From: Candidatus Bathyarchaeota archaeon
GTDB lineage: Archaea; Thermoproteota; Bathyarchaeia; 40CM-2-53-6
Assembly (NCBI GenBank): GCA_963706285.1
Contig: CAVPLU010000003.1
Span: 128,001 to 192,000 of the forward strand
DNA: 64,000 nucleotides
Direction of reading: 5' to 3'
Shown in pieces: positions 48,496-58,615 of this stretch. Below the pieces are notes generated by a model that made no database searches, was not told where the DNA came from, and saw only the letters and a list, made by a program, of their open reading frames with translations. Every line of letters begins with the position of its first letter. The first letter of the stretch is position 1. Position numbers and translations under genes: made by a program.

Positions 48496-49367
48496 ATCTT
48501 TCTCAACGCTTCAGCAATTACCGGTGCTATTGAGACTGGTTGCGGTCGAGTCTCGATCGAGTCGGTCCCGATGGTTTCATCGACTCCTGCGGTCTTGAGT
48601 GTCCGTTCGGCATCGCCCGTGAGAAGGAGGTGCGCACACGCGGCAATGACTCTCTTTGCTCCTTGCTTCTTTGCTATCTGGGCTGTGTTTGCTATCGTCT
48701 TGCCGGTTGAAATTACGTCGTCGACTATGATTGCGTCACGGCCTTTCAGGTCCACGTCTTTGCCGGATGTGCTTACTGCGCCGGTCACTTTGTCCCTCAA
48801 TTTCTCGAACCATGCGTACTCGGTCCCTAGGTTCGTGGAGACGGTTTGGGCGAGCGGGATCGCTCCATCATCCGGAGCGAGCACGTACGGATTCTCTAGC
48901 GAGCGCGTTTTCAGATATGCTCCGACAAGATTCATGCACGTCAGGTTCTCTGAGTGGATCTTGAAGAATTGGAGTGCTTTGTTGCTGGGCACATCGACAG
49001 TCAGGAAGTGCGATGCTCCGGCAGCCTCGATCAGACGAGCACTTGTCCTAGCGCTCACCGCCTCTCCGCTCCTGTACGTATCATCTTGGCGTGCATAGGC
49101 AAAGTAGGGGACGATCGCAGCAACGTCTTTGGCTCCCATTTCTCGAGCCGCGTCAAGAACAAACAATAGATCAACGAGGTTCTTGTTCTGTGGAGGGTAG
49201 CATGATTGTACTACCGCAATTTGTTTCCCGGAAACAGATTCTGGGAATCGAATGTACGTCTCTCCGTCAGGAAACACTTTGTGTTCGAGCTGCATTACGT
49301 CCGTTCTCATTGCATCCGCTACACGTCGTGCTAGGATCGGTGAAGCTGGTCCGCTCACAATCAGCAA
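48489..49367 (-). CDS. prs: ribose-phosphate pyrophosphokinase
   Basis: FPDGE, PYFAYARQD, APDDGA, IIVDDVISTGKT. Confidence 0.95.
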   Translation of the reverse strand: MLIVSGPASPILARRVADAMRTDVMQLEHKVFPDGETYIRFPESVSGKQIAVVQSCYPPQNKNLVDLLFVLDAAREMGAKDVAAIVPYFAYARQDDTYRSGEAVSARTSARLIEAAGASHFLTVDVPSNKALQFFKIHSENLTCMNLVGAYLKTRSLENPYVLAPDDGAIPLAQTVSTNLGTEYAWFEKLRDKVTGAVSTSGKDVDLKGRDAIIVDDVISTGKTIANTAQIAKKQGAKRVIAACAHLLLTGDAERTLKTAGVDETIGTDSIETRPQPVSIAPVIAEALRKIW

Positions 49368-49464
49368 GTCTAGAGCTCACGAGAACGCCTTGCGATGTTC
49401 CCAAGTAAAATGAGTTTCTAGCGAGCGCCGAGGCTACAGGCTGACTTGCACATGTCAGCAATGG

Positions 49465-50667
49465 CTAGATGGCGCCTTCTTCCCGCAGTTTCGTTATTTC
49501 GCTGTCGCTGTAATTGAGGAGCTTCTTCAGGACTTCTTCAGTATTCTCGCCCAGCAAAGGTGGTGGAGTCCTGATCTGGACCTTTGTTTCGCTGAATTTG
49601 ATCGGGTTTCCTATCAGTCTCACTTTTCCTGTTTTCACATGGCTCATCTCAAGAAGCATGCCTCGGTGTAGGACTTGAGGGTCGGTAAAGATCTCGCTCA
49701 TAGTGTAGACTGGTCCACATGGCACGCCTGCCTCTGTCAGGATCTTGAACCAATCCTGTCTGGGCTTTTTCGAGTAGATCTTCTCGAGTTGCGGGACCAG
49801 TTCATCTCGGTGTTTGACGCGATCTGCATTGTGAGCGAATCTTGAATCGTTCAGAAGATGTTCTGCTTGAATCGCTTTGCACATGAGCTCCCAATGTCTA
49901 TCGTTTCCGACTGCCACGATCAAGTAACTGTCGTCCATGCACTTGAAGGCCTGGTACGGAACAATTGTGGGATGCGACGAGCCCGCGGGGCGAGGGTTTC
50001 TTCCGGTAGCGAAGTAGTTGCCAGCCATATAGGTCATGACGGAAACTGTTGAATCTAGAAGGGAAATGTCAATCCATTGTCCTTTGCCTGTCTGATCGCG
50101 TGCTCTCAGCGCTGCCAGTATTGCGATCGTTGCATACATTCCGCTTATGATGTCTGAGACGGCGACTCCGATTCTTACTGGCGGCCTGTCGGGTTCGCCT
50201 GTTATGCTCATGAATCCGCCCATGCCTTGCATGGCGATGTCATATGATGGCCAATCCCGATATGGCCCGCTTTGTCCGAACCCTGAGATCGAGCAATAGA
50301 CGATCTTCGGATTGATTGCCTTCAATGTCTCGTAGTCAAGCCCGAGTTTCTTCGCCGTGCCAGGTGTGAAGTTCTCGATTGCTATGTCCGAAGTCTCGGC
50401 TAATTTCTTGGCAATTTCTCTAGCTTTTTCATTCTTGAGGTTCAGGGTTATGCTCTTCTTGTTGCGGTTGATTGAAAGGAAATAGGCGCTTTCACCTTCG
50501 ACAAAAGGAGGCCCCCATTGTCTTGTATCATCACCTGTGCCGGGCATTTCCACTTTTATGATCTCAGCACCTAAATCTCCGAGCGTCATTGTTGCGAATG
50601 GTCCTGCTAAGACTCTGCTTAGATCTAGTACTCTGACGCCAGCCAAGGGGCCTTCCATATTCATCAC
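49465..50667 (-). CDS. family III CoA-transferase (CaiB/BaiF)
   Basis: DLSRVLAGP, LGAEIIKVE, NRNKKS, ENF.PG, SGFGQSGP. Confidence 0.95.
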   Translation of the reverse strand: MMNMEGPLAGVRVLDLSRVLAGPFATMTLGDLGAEIIKVEMPGTGDDTRQWGPPFVEGESAYFLSINRNKKSITLNLKNEKAREIAKKLAETSDIAIENFTPGTAKKLGLDYETLKAINPKIVYCSISGFGQSGPYRDWPSYDIAMQGMGGFMSITGEPDRPPVRIGVAVSDIISGMYATIAILAALRARDQTGKGQWIDISLLDSTVSVMTYMAGNYFATGRNPRPAGSSHPTIVPYQAFKCMDDSYLIVAVGNDRHWELMCKAIQAEHLLNDSRFAHNADRVKHRDELVPQLEKIYSKKPRQDWFKILTEAGVPCGPVYTMSEIFTDPQVLHRGMLLEMSHVKTGKVRLIGNPIKFSETKVQIRTPPPLLGENTEEVLKKLLNYSDSEITKLREEGAI

Positions 50668-50816
50668 TAGGTAGGCTTCGGGAAACAGTGGAGTATTTGA
50701 CGGTTCTCCTGCAAATTATTAGGTGTCGCTTCTAGCGAACTCCAATTGAGAGCTGTCGCTGTATCAGCGTCCTTTCTACGGCGTCATGACAGACGGAGCG
50801 GATCGAGTAGTCTTGT

Positions 50817-52034
50817 TCACTTGTATGGGATGGCTACGTCTCCCATGTGTTCGCGGGCGATTATGATTTTCATGATGTTAGATCCACCTTCGGCGCCTAC
50901 CACGTAGGACATGAGTCCTCGCATGCACATCTCGAGTGGGCTTTCTCTGCTGTAGCCAAGTGCGCCCTGGTACATCATTGCGTGTTTCACTATCTCGACG
51001 CCTAGATGGGGGGCTTTGAGTTTGCAGATCGCGATAGTTTGGTTGATCTCTTTGTTGCTGAAGCTGCCATCTTTGTAGTGTTGGTCGATCATCCAGGCGC
51101 CTTTGAGGAGGTAATTCTTGAGCATTTCAAGTTGGGCGAGGTCGTCAGCGATCTCAAAGGAGATGCCTTCAAAGTTCGCTAATGGTCTTCCGAAGAGTAC
51201 TCTGCTCTTGACGTAGTCGGTGCCGAGTTCGAGACATTTTTCAGCTCCGCCGAGGCAGGCGCTTGAGACGAGCGTTCGCGCGACGTTGAAGCCTTCCATG
51301 TTAACGTAGAATCCTCTATTCTCTTGGCCGAGAACATACTTGGCGGGGATTTTGACGTCTTTGTAGGTGAAGCCGCCAGTCGACAAACCCATTCGGCCCA
51401 TGTCACGGAAGGTCGTGTATGAGATCCCAGCGGATTTTGCTGGGATATACGCGAAGGTCATGCCCTTGTTGCCTAGTTCAGGCGCAGTCCGGAAGAGGGT
51501 TAGGTGGCCGCCTCCCCGTTTGTTGGTTTCAAGCACGCCGCTAATGTACATCTTCTCACCGTTGATCACGTATTCATTGCCCGCTTTCTTCGCGGCGGTT
51601 TTGATGTTGGAGAGATCGGATCCGCCGCCTGCTTCTGTAGTGCAGATTCCGAGAAACCACTTGCCTGACGCAATGTTCGGAAGAACTTCCTTCTTCAACT
51701 CATCTGAGCCATGTCGAACAATTAGGTAGCTCCAACCAAGATTCAACAATGTGTATACTGGAAGTGACATGGAAAGCTCGCCCCGCGCGATCTCGTGGGT
51801 CGCAAGTGTTGCGTAGACCATCTCCTCCCCTGGACTTGCGGAGCCACCATATTCCTCTGGAATTGTGACGCCAAAGATTCCAAGTTCAACCATCTCTTTG
51901 ATGATCTCCTCAGGAATCCCTGCTTCCTTCTCGTCGATCTCACGCGATCTCGGAAACAGTTTCTCGTCGCAGAAACCACGAACAGTCTTCCTGAACAATT
52001 CTTGCTGCGGAGTAATTCTGAAATCCAAAAACAT
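50817..52034 (-). CDS. acyl-CoA dehydrogenase
   Basis: PEEYGG, TEAGGGSD, NGEKMYIS, R..FGRPL, GALGY, EG...IMK..IAR. Confidence 0.93.
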   Translation of the reverse strand: MFLDFRITPQQELFRKTVRGFCDEKLFPRSREIDEKEAGIPEEIIKEMVELGIFGVTIPEEYGGSASPGEEMVYATLATHEIARGELSMSLPVYTLLNLGWSYLIVRHGSDELKKEVLPNIASGKWFLGICTTEAGGGSDLSNIKTAAKKAGNEYVINGEKMYISGVLETNKRGGGHLTLFRTAPELGNKGMTFAYIPAKSAGISYTTFRDMGRMGLSTGGFTYKDVKIPAKYVLGQENRGFYVNMEGFNVARTLVSSACLGGAEKCLELGTDYVKSRVLFGRPLANFEGISFEIADDLAQLEMLKNYLLKGAWMIDQHYKDGSFSNKEINQTIAICKLKAPHLGVEIVKHAMMYQGALGYSRESPLEMCMRGLMSYVVGAEGGSNIMKIIIAREHMGDVAIPYK

Positions 52035-52292
52035 TCCACCAATGCCCTCTCCGAATGGCGACGGAGTATATCTGGCTTTTCAGAGCAGCTCAGGCTCGCC
52101 AGGTATCCAATTGTAGAAAAGAGCCCGAGGCAATTCGCTCGAGCGGCCGTGTTCGCGATTCTCGTAGATACTGTATTTTCAGGAATCGCCAACAAGTAGA
52201 TCCGGTACTGCGAAGGAAGGAAGTCGAATGCTCAGGACTTATATTTGTTCTACCTGCCCTCTCGATCTGATTCGGATGTCGTGAAGAAAGAA

Positions 52293-53670
52293 ATGACTAC
52301 ACATCGTTACATACCTAACAGCAGTCCCGAAGTCAAGAAGGAATTGTTGGAGACAATCGGCCTCAAAGATTCAGAGGAACTCTTCGCCGCAATTCCGGAG
52401 AACCTTGCGTTATCGCGGTCGCTTGGATCTGCCATATGCTCCGTCGGAATATGAAGTCAAGCGGCGGATTGAAGTCTTGTTGTCGAAGAATAGTACCTCG
52501 ACTGAGCTGCTGAGTTTCTTGGGTGCAGGCTGCTGGCCTCACTACGTTCCTGCTGTCTGTGACGAGATCAGCTCCAGATCGGAATTCCTGACCGCATACA
52601 CAGGCGACGCATATTCAGACTTGGGGAGGTTCCAAGCACTCTTCGAGTTCCAAAGCATGATCGGCGAACTTGTCGGAATGGACGCCGTGACTCTCCCTAC
52701 GTACGATTGGGCAAATGCTTCAGGCGATGCCATCCGCATGGCTGCGATGGTTACTGGTCGACGTGAGATCCTAGTTGCCGGAACAACAAGTCCTGAGAAG
52801 CGGTCCGTAATGCGTGCTTACTGTGGACGCGTGGCGGAAATGCAGCTGGTCGGTCGTGATCCTGAAACCGGACAGGTTAGCCTTGAGGAGCTGAAGCAGA
52901 AAGTCTCCTCTAATACGGCTGCCGTCTACATTGAGAACCCAACGTATCTCGGGTTCATTGAGACTCATGGCGAAGAGATTGCTGAGATAGTTCACAGGAA
53001 AGGGTCTCTGCTAATAGTTGGAGTTGAACCCCTTTCCTTGGGCTTACTTGCTCCGCCAGGGGATTACGGCGCAGACATAGTGTGCGGCGAGGGTCAACCA
53101 CTCGGATTGCACATGAACTTTGGAGGAGCATCGCTTGGCTTCCTCGCATGTCGAGACGAGCCACGATTTCTATCATCAACCGGACATAGGCTAATCACAA
53201 TTACCGAGACTGAGCGGAAGGGAGAATGGGGATTCACATACGTTCTACCTGAAAGATCCATGTACGCCGCGAGGGAGAAGACTCCATCAATAACCGGAAC
53301 AGGTGCTGCTCTATGCGCAATCACCGCCGCTGTATACCTATCGTTGCTGGGGCCTCAAGGCCTTAGAGAAGTTGCGGAAACGATAATCCAGAACTCGCGT
53401 TATGCTATGAATCGTCTATCGGAGATACGTGGGATCAAAGTTCCATTGTTCAAATCTCCTCACTTCGAGGAGTTCACGGTCAGCTTCCCTGCTCGCAAAA
53501 CGGTTCGGAAAATCAATCAGAACCTTCTCAAACATGGAATTCAGGGAGGAAAGGATCTCTCCAAAGATTTCCCAGAACTACGCAACAGCGCCTTGTATTG
53601 CGTTACTGAGATACACACCAAGGAAGATATCGACAAGTTAGCCGTGGCCCTCAAGGAGGCTGTCAAATGA
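52293..53670 (+). CDS. gcvPA: glycine cleavage P-protein subunit 1-like, frameshifted at ~52404
   Basis: HRYIPNS in the upstream frame; FLGAG, RSEFLTAY, Q.LFEFQS, GADI..GEGQ.LG, TE.HT.EDID. Confidence 0.88.
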
Positions 53671-55220
53671 CCGAGGACGACGGAACAGGTTACCGCGCAG
53701 TTGCTTGGAACGAGCCTCTCATCTACCAACTAGGTAGGAAAGGAAGAAGAGGTTCCAAAACTGTTGGTGTCGAAGCCAAACTCAAAGCAAAGACTGTGAA
53801 TGTCTCATCAGAGATTCCAGAGTCGATGCGAAGAAGAGAATCTGCGAACCTGCCAGAGCTTTCCGAACCCGAGGTTGTAAGGCACTTTGTTCGCTTATCC
53901 CAGCAGACCTTTGGAGTGGATTCAGGCGTCATCTTGGGCGTCGGCACTTGCACCATGAAATACAATCCCAAGATCAACGAGATACTTGCTAGATCCCCTA
54001 AACTGACTGAGACGCACCCTCTACAAGACGCATCAACCGTACAAGGCACGCTCGAAGTAATGTATCGTCTCGAAAAATGTCTGTGCAATATTTCTGGAAT
54101 GGATCAATTCTCTTTGCAGCCACGAGGCGGTGCTCATGCAGTTCTCACCAACGCCCTCATAATGCGAGCATATCACAAGCTGAATGGAGAACTTGAACAG
54201 AGGAATGAAATCGTCACGCCGGTTTTGTCACATCCATGTAACGGCGGATCCCCTTCAGTAGCTGGATTCAAGGTCGTCACAATCTATCCAGATCCGGAAA
54301 CCGGTATTCCAGATGTTGAAGCCGTCAAGGCTGCAGTCTCTAGCCACACCGCAGGCATGACGATCACTGATCCTTACGACACAGGCATCTTCGATCCTAA
54401 CATCAAGGAATACATCAAGATAGTCCATGAAGCAGGAGGACTTGTTGCCGTAGACCAAGCTAATGCTAACTCACTCTTTGGGAGATTGAGAATTGGAGAT
54501 GTGGGCGCCGACCTTTGTCACTTTAACCTTCACAAGTCGTTTTCCACACCTCACGGATCACACGGGCCAGGAAGCGCTCCGATAGGAGTCAAGAAGCATC
54601 TTGCCAAGTTCCTTCCTGTTCCGACGGTGGGCTTCGATGGAAAGATGTACTACCTGGATTATGACCGACCACACAGCATAGGAAAAGTCACTGGATTTTA
54701 CGGCACCATACCGGCAGTTCTGAAAGCTTACGCTTGGATCATGACAATGGGCGCAGACGGATTGAAAGAGACGTCAGAAGTAGCGGTGGTGAACAACAAC
54801 TATCTTGTACAGAACCTCATCAAAGTTCGAGGCGTGACTCTCCCCTGGGCAAAGAATCACCGTTGGAGACTGCAGGAAGCACGTCTCAGCTTGCAGAAGA
54901 TGAAGGAGGACACAGGTGTGGGCATAGATGATGTGAACCGCAGGATCGTTGACTTCGGTATCCAGAAGTGTTTCCCGAGTCACGAACCTCTGATAGTCAA
55001 AGAACCATTCACGCCTGAACCACCTGAATCGACCACGAAAGAAGACCTCGACAGGTTCGTACAGGTATTCCAGCAAGTCTCTCAAGAGGCATACACGAAC
55101 CCTGAGATCGTCAAGAAGGCGCCTCACAATTGTGCAATATCAAGGATCGACTCAAGCCCATCCAAGGATCCGTCTAAATGGGCGCTGACCTGGCGAGCCT
55201 ACCTCAGAAAACAGAAGTGA
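53667..55220 (+). CDS. gcvPB: glycine cleavage P-protein subunit 2-like
   Basis: LSEPEVVRHF.RLS, CTMKYNPKINE, NLHKSFSTPHG (PLP lysine). Confidence 0.9.
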   Translation: MTEDDGTGYRAVAWNEPLIYQLGRKGRRGSKTVGVEAKLKAKTVNVSSEIPESMRRRESANLPELSEPEVVRHFVRLSQQTFGVDSGVILGVGTCTMKYNPKINEILARSPKLTETHPLQDASTVQGTLEVMYRLEKCLCNISGMDQFSLQPRGGAHAVLTNALIMRAYHKLNGELEQRNEIVTPVLSHPCNGGSPSVAGFKVVTIYPDPETGIPDVEAVKAAVSSHTAGMTITDPYDTGIFDPNIKEYIKIVHEAGGLVAVDQANANSLFGRLRIGDVGADLCHFNLHKSFSTPHGSHGPGSAPIGVKKHLAKFLPVPTVGFDGKMYYLDYDRPHSIGKVTGFYGTIPAVLKAYAWIMTMGADGLKETSEVAVVNNNYLVQNLIKVRGVTLPWAKNHRWRLQEARLSLQKMKEDTGVGIDDVNRRIVDFGIQKCFPSHEPLIVKEPFTPEPPESTTKEDLDRFVQVFQQVSQEAYTNPEIVKKAPHNCAISRIDSSPSKDPSKWALTWRAYLRKQK

Positions 55221-55226
55221 CACGGC

Positions 55227-56357
55227 TTGGCCCACAGTTCAAAGTTGGGCCTAATCGTGAACCCGATCGCTGGCATGGGCGGCAGAGTAGGCCTCAAAGG
55301 CACAGATGGAAAAGAGATCCTTGCCAAAGCCAGAGAGCTAGGAGCAACCCCAGTTTCTCCTACCAGGACAATCGAAGCCCTCAAAGAGATTGTTCCGATT
55401 GCAGATCGAATCGAACTGGTGACCTGCCCTCTCGAAATGGGGGAAGAGGAAGCTCTGAGCTGTGGCTTCGATCCGACAGTAATTGACAGGATAACAAAGG
55501 ACGAAACGAGCGCTGCGGACACCAAGAATGCTGCACGAGCGATGCTGAACTCTCAGGTCGATCTACTGCTTTTCGCGGGTGGCGACGGAACTGCTAGAGA
55601 CATATGTGCATCGATCGATCAGGGTCTCCCTGCTCTTGGAATACCGACGGGTGTCAAAATCCACTCGGCCACATTTGCAGTTAACCCCAGAAGAGCGGGA
55701 GAACTGGCTGTGAAGTTCCTGCAAGGAGAAGCGCCACTGCGTGAAGCGGAAGTCATGGATATCGACGAACAAGCCTTCCGGAATGGGAGACTCTCGGCTG
55801 AACTCTACGGCTATCTGAAAGTTCCGTACGAAATGGAACTAGTGCAATCTGCGAAGAGTGCAAGCTTCACGACACCTGATGAGGCAGCAAGCCAAGACCT
55901 GATCGCACAGAATGTTGTAGAGAAGATGACGGACGACTACTACTATGTGCTGTGCCCAGGGACCACGGTGAAGGCGGTTGCAGATAAGTTAGGAATAACA
56001 AAGACGCTTCTAGGCGTCGATCTAGTTCACAAGGGGTCATTGCTTGCCTCCGATTTGAACGAACAGCAGTTGCTTAGACTCATCGATCAAAAGAAAGTGA
56101 AGATCGTAGTCTCGCCCATTGGTCGACAAGGTTTCATATTCGGTAGGGGAAATCCACAGATAAGTCCCGCAGTGATTAGGAAAGTTGGAAAGCAGAACAT
56201 CCTCATCATAGCGACTCGGAGCAAGCTTTCATCAATCGGTCTAGGTCGACCCCTGTTGGTGGATACTGGCGACGAGGAGACTGACAAAATGCTGTCCGGT
56301 TACACACGAGTTGTCACAGGGTACAACGAAGAAGTAGTCCTGAAAGTGGCCTCGTGA
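55227..56357 (+). CDS. ATP-NAD kinase-like / AcoX-like protein
   Basis: NPIAGMGG.VGLKGTDG, GGDGTARD, GVKIHS, GRGN.Q, VDTGD. Confidence 0.85.
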   Translation: MAHSSKLGLIVNPIAGMGGRVGLKGTDGKEILAKARELGATPVSPTRTIEALKEIVPIADRIELVTCPLEMGEEEALSCGFDPTVIDRITKDETSAADTKNAARAMLNSQVDLLLFAGGDGTARDICASIDQGLPALGIPTGVKIHSATFAVNPRRAGELAVKFLQGEAPLREAEVMDIDEQAFRNGRLSAELYGYLKVPYEMELVQSAKSASFTTPDEAASQDLIAQNVVEKMTDDYYYVLCPGTTVKAVADKLGITKTLLGVDLVHKGSLLASDLNEQQLLRLIDQKKVKIVVSPIGRQGFIFGRGNPQISPAVIRKVGKQNILIIATRSKLSSIGLGRPLLVDTGDEETDKMLSGYTRVVTGYNEEVVLKVAS

Positions 56358-56423
56358 CCATGCTCGATGCACTGGTGTGCCGGCAATTGACTAGACGGCG
56401 AAACTCGGATCTTGATTGGGCAT

Positions 56424-57378
56424 TCAACGTGGATTAGAGTCTAGATTGCCTGAGCCGTGGTCTCTTAGTGTTTGAATGTAGTCTCTAATGCCCTTGTCCA
56501 GATCGAATTTCGGTTCATAACCCAGTTCTGCTCTTGCTCTGCTAATGTTCAGTGGGCCTCTCACTGGTTCTGCTATATCCAATCCTGGTCCAAGCTCGAA
56601 GATCGATCCCGGAATGACCTTGCCCACAATACTGGCCACATCTCTAAGGCTGTGCATTGCACCGAGTCCTATGTTGAAGAGGCTATGTTCCGTCTTTCCT
56701 ACGAAACACGCTGAGATTATGGCGTCTGCGACATCTTTCACATACACCGTGTCGTATGTCTGGTCTCCGCCCACTGGAACCTTTGCAGGCAGCCCCTGCA
56801 TGGGCTTCTCAACCACTTCCTTGATGGCGTCGAATCCCCTCCTGCTCTGGCCGGGTCCGTAGACTATCGGGAATCGGAGCGCGTTGAAGCCTATACCATA
56901 GTCTTGACTGTAGACCAGTCCATAGTGTTCGCCCAAGAGTTTAGAAACTCCGTAGAGTGTGACAGGCTTCTGGGAATGCTCTTCATCGACGACTTCTCCC
57001 TCCCTTGTATTGCCATATACTGCGGTCGAACTCGCATACGTGACTTGAGATACATCCATCAGTCTCGCGGCTTCAAGAATATTCACAGTTCCTAGGATGT
57101 TGACGCTGAAAGCAGTTGAAGGTCGTTCTTTCGAGGCGGCCGTAAGCAGAGACGCCGTGTGTATGATATGTGTGATACCGAATTTCCTGATTGTATCTAT
57201 GATGATTGAGAGGTCCTGAACTTCGCCTTTGATGATCCTAATTCTGTTAGCCAAGTCACGAATCCATTCGGTGTCCGGGGTCGGAATCGAACGCAACAGC
57301 TTCGCGGCCTCTGTTTACTAGTCCTCTAATGACATGCCCTCCGATGAATCCTGTTCCACCGGTTATCAAGACAGGCAT
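56424..57378 (-). CDS. NAD-dependent epimerase/dehydratase, frameshifted at ~57285
   Basis: [13 protein letters not shown] in the upstream frame; SS.AVYG, YGVSK, VYGPG, YVKDVA. Confidence 0.88.
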
Positions 57379-57480
57379 TTCAAAGGTCACCAGTTCACGC
57401 GCGATTGAGTATTGCTACGCCAGATGCCGATCCTAGTGAGTGCATGATGCGAGTTGGCTACTCTGATCAACATTGCGATC

Positions 57481-58476
57481 TCATCGTCTTGGTGTCTTGG
57501 GCAATATGTTCAGGAATCTCAATAGCTTCGTGAATCGCCTGTCCCTTTCTCTCGTCATGAGTTCAACATTCTTGTTGGTATAGTCGTAGAAGCCTTTGCC
57601 GGTCTTGACACCCAACTCATTCCTTTCCACCATTTGCTTGAGCAGGTCAGGGGGTCGAAACTTTGGGTCACCAAGGTTTTCGTAAATGTACGAGTATTGA
57701 GAGAACTCAGTATCCAAGCCAAACATGTCCATGAGTTCAAGCGGGCCAACGTAGCAATATCGAGGACCCAGGTGGTATTTCCAAACCATGTCGATATCCT
57801 CGATACTTGCAACTCCCTTTTCAACAATAGATGCGGCTTCCACGAGCAAGGCCGTCTGCATCCTATTAACTAGGAAACCCGGCGTGTCTTTGCAGACCAC
57901 CGGCCTCTTTCCAAGCGAAACCAAAAACTCCATCGCAGTCCTTACCGTTTCGTCTGACGTGCGATTCGAAGGAACCACCTCTACCAGAGGCAAAAGATAG
58001 GGAGGATTCATCCAGTGAGTTCCTATTACCTTCTCAGGCCTTTGTGTTGCTGCAGCAATTTCGCTAATACGGAAGCTAGAGGTGTTCGATGCTAACACTG
58101 TATGAGCAGGGCATAGTCGGTCAAGTTCTCCGAAAACCCGTTTCTTCACATCAACTTTCTCCGGTGCAGCCTCAATAACGAGATCGACTCCTTCAGTCAC
58201 CTCAGCCATCTCCTGGGTTGCATGGATGCGCTTTAGACTAAGCTTGGAATCTTTGCCAGTCATGAGTCCAACTTGGACAAGCGATTTCGCTGACGAGGCA
58301 ATTCTTGTTAGACCTTGTTGGGTCACGCTTGGATTGATATCTACTATGCGAACGTCGCGTCCGGCTCTTGCGCAGCTCAGGGCTATTCCGCTTCCCATTA
58401 TTCCGATTCCGACTATTCCAACACTTTTGATTCGCAACCTGATTGTGCCCCCTTGGATCATTGCCACTTCATTCAA
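57481..58476 (-). CDS. 3-hydroxyacyl-CoA dehydrogenase
   Basis: GIGIMGSGIA, EAAPE, ASNTSS, HWMNPP, PGFLVNR, LGVKTGKGFY. Confidence 0.94.
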   Translation of the reverse strand: MNEVAMIQGGTIRLRIKSVGIVGIGIMGSGIALSCARAGRDVRIVDINPSVTQQGLTRIASSAKSLVQVGLMTGKDSKLSLKRIHATQEMAEVTEGVDLVIEAAPEKVDVKKRVFGELDRLCPAHTVLASNTSSFRISEIAAATQRPEKVIGTHWMNPPYLLPLVEVVPSNRTSDETVRTAMEFLVSLGKRPVVCKDTPGFLVNRMQTALLVEAASIVEKGVASIEDIDMVWKYHLGPRYCYVGPLELMDMFGLDTEFSQYSYIYENLGDPKFRPPDLLKQMVERNELGVKTGKGFYDYTNKNVELMTRERDRRFTKLLRFLNILPKTPRR

Positions 58477-58615
58477 GGCGACGATTTAATTCATTTTTCA
58501 CGGAATACGAATCCAGACCGGGAGAAAGCGATCCCTGAATCGTACAGAGGCAATACACGGGAAGGTCTTATATTCAAAAGTGGTCGCGTAAGTGGCTTTC
58601 TAAGAGGATATCTTC

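Noticed and set aside
48454-49098. Long antisense ORFs such as this 214-aa one
   Set aside because: Antisense shadows of well-supported genes, with no motifs of their own.
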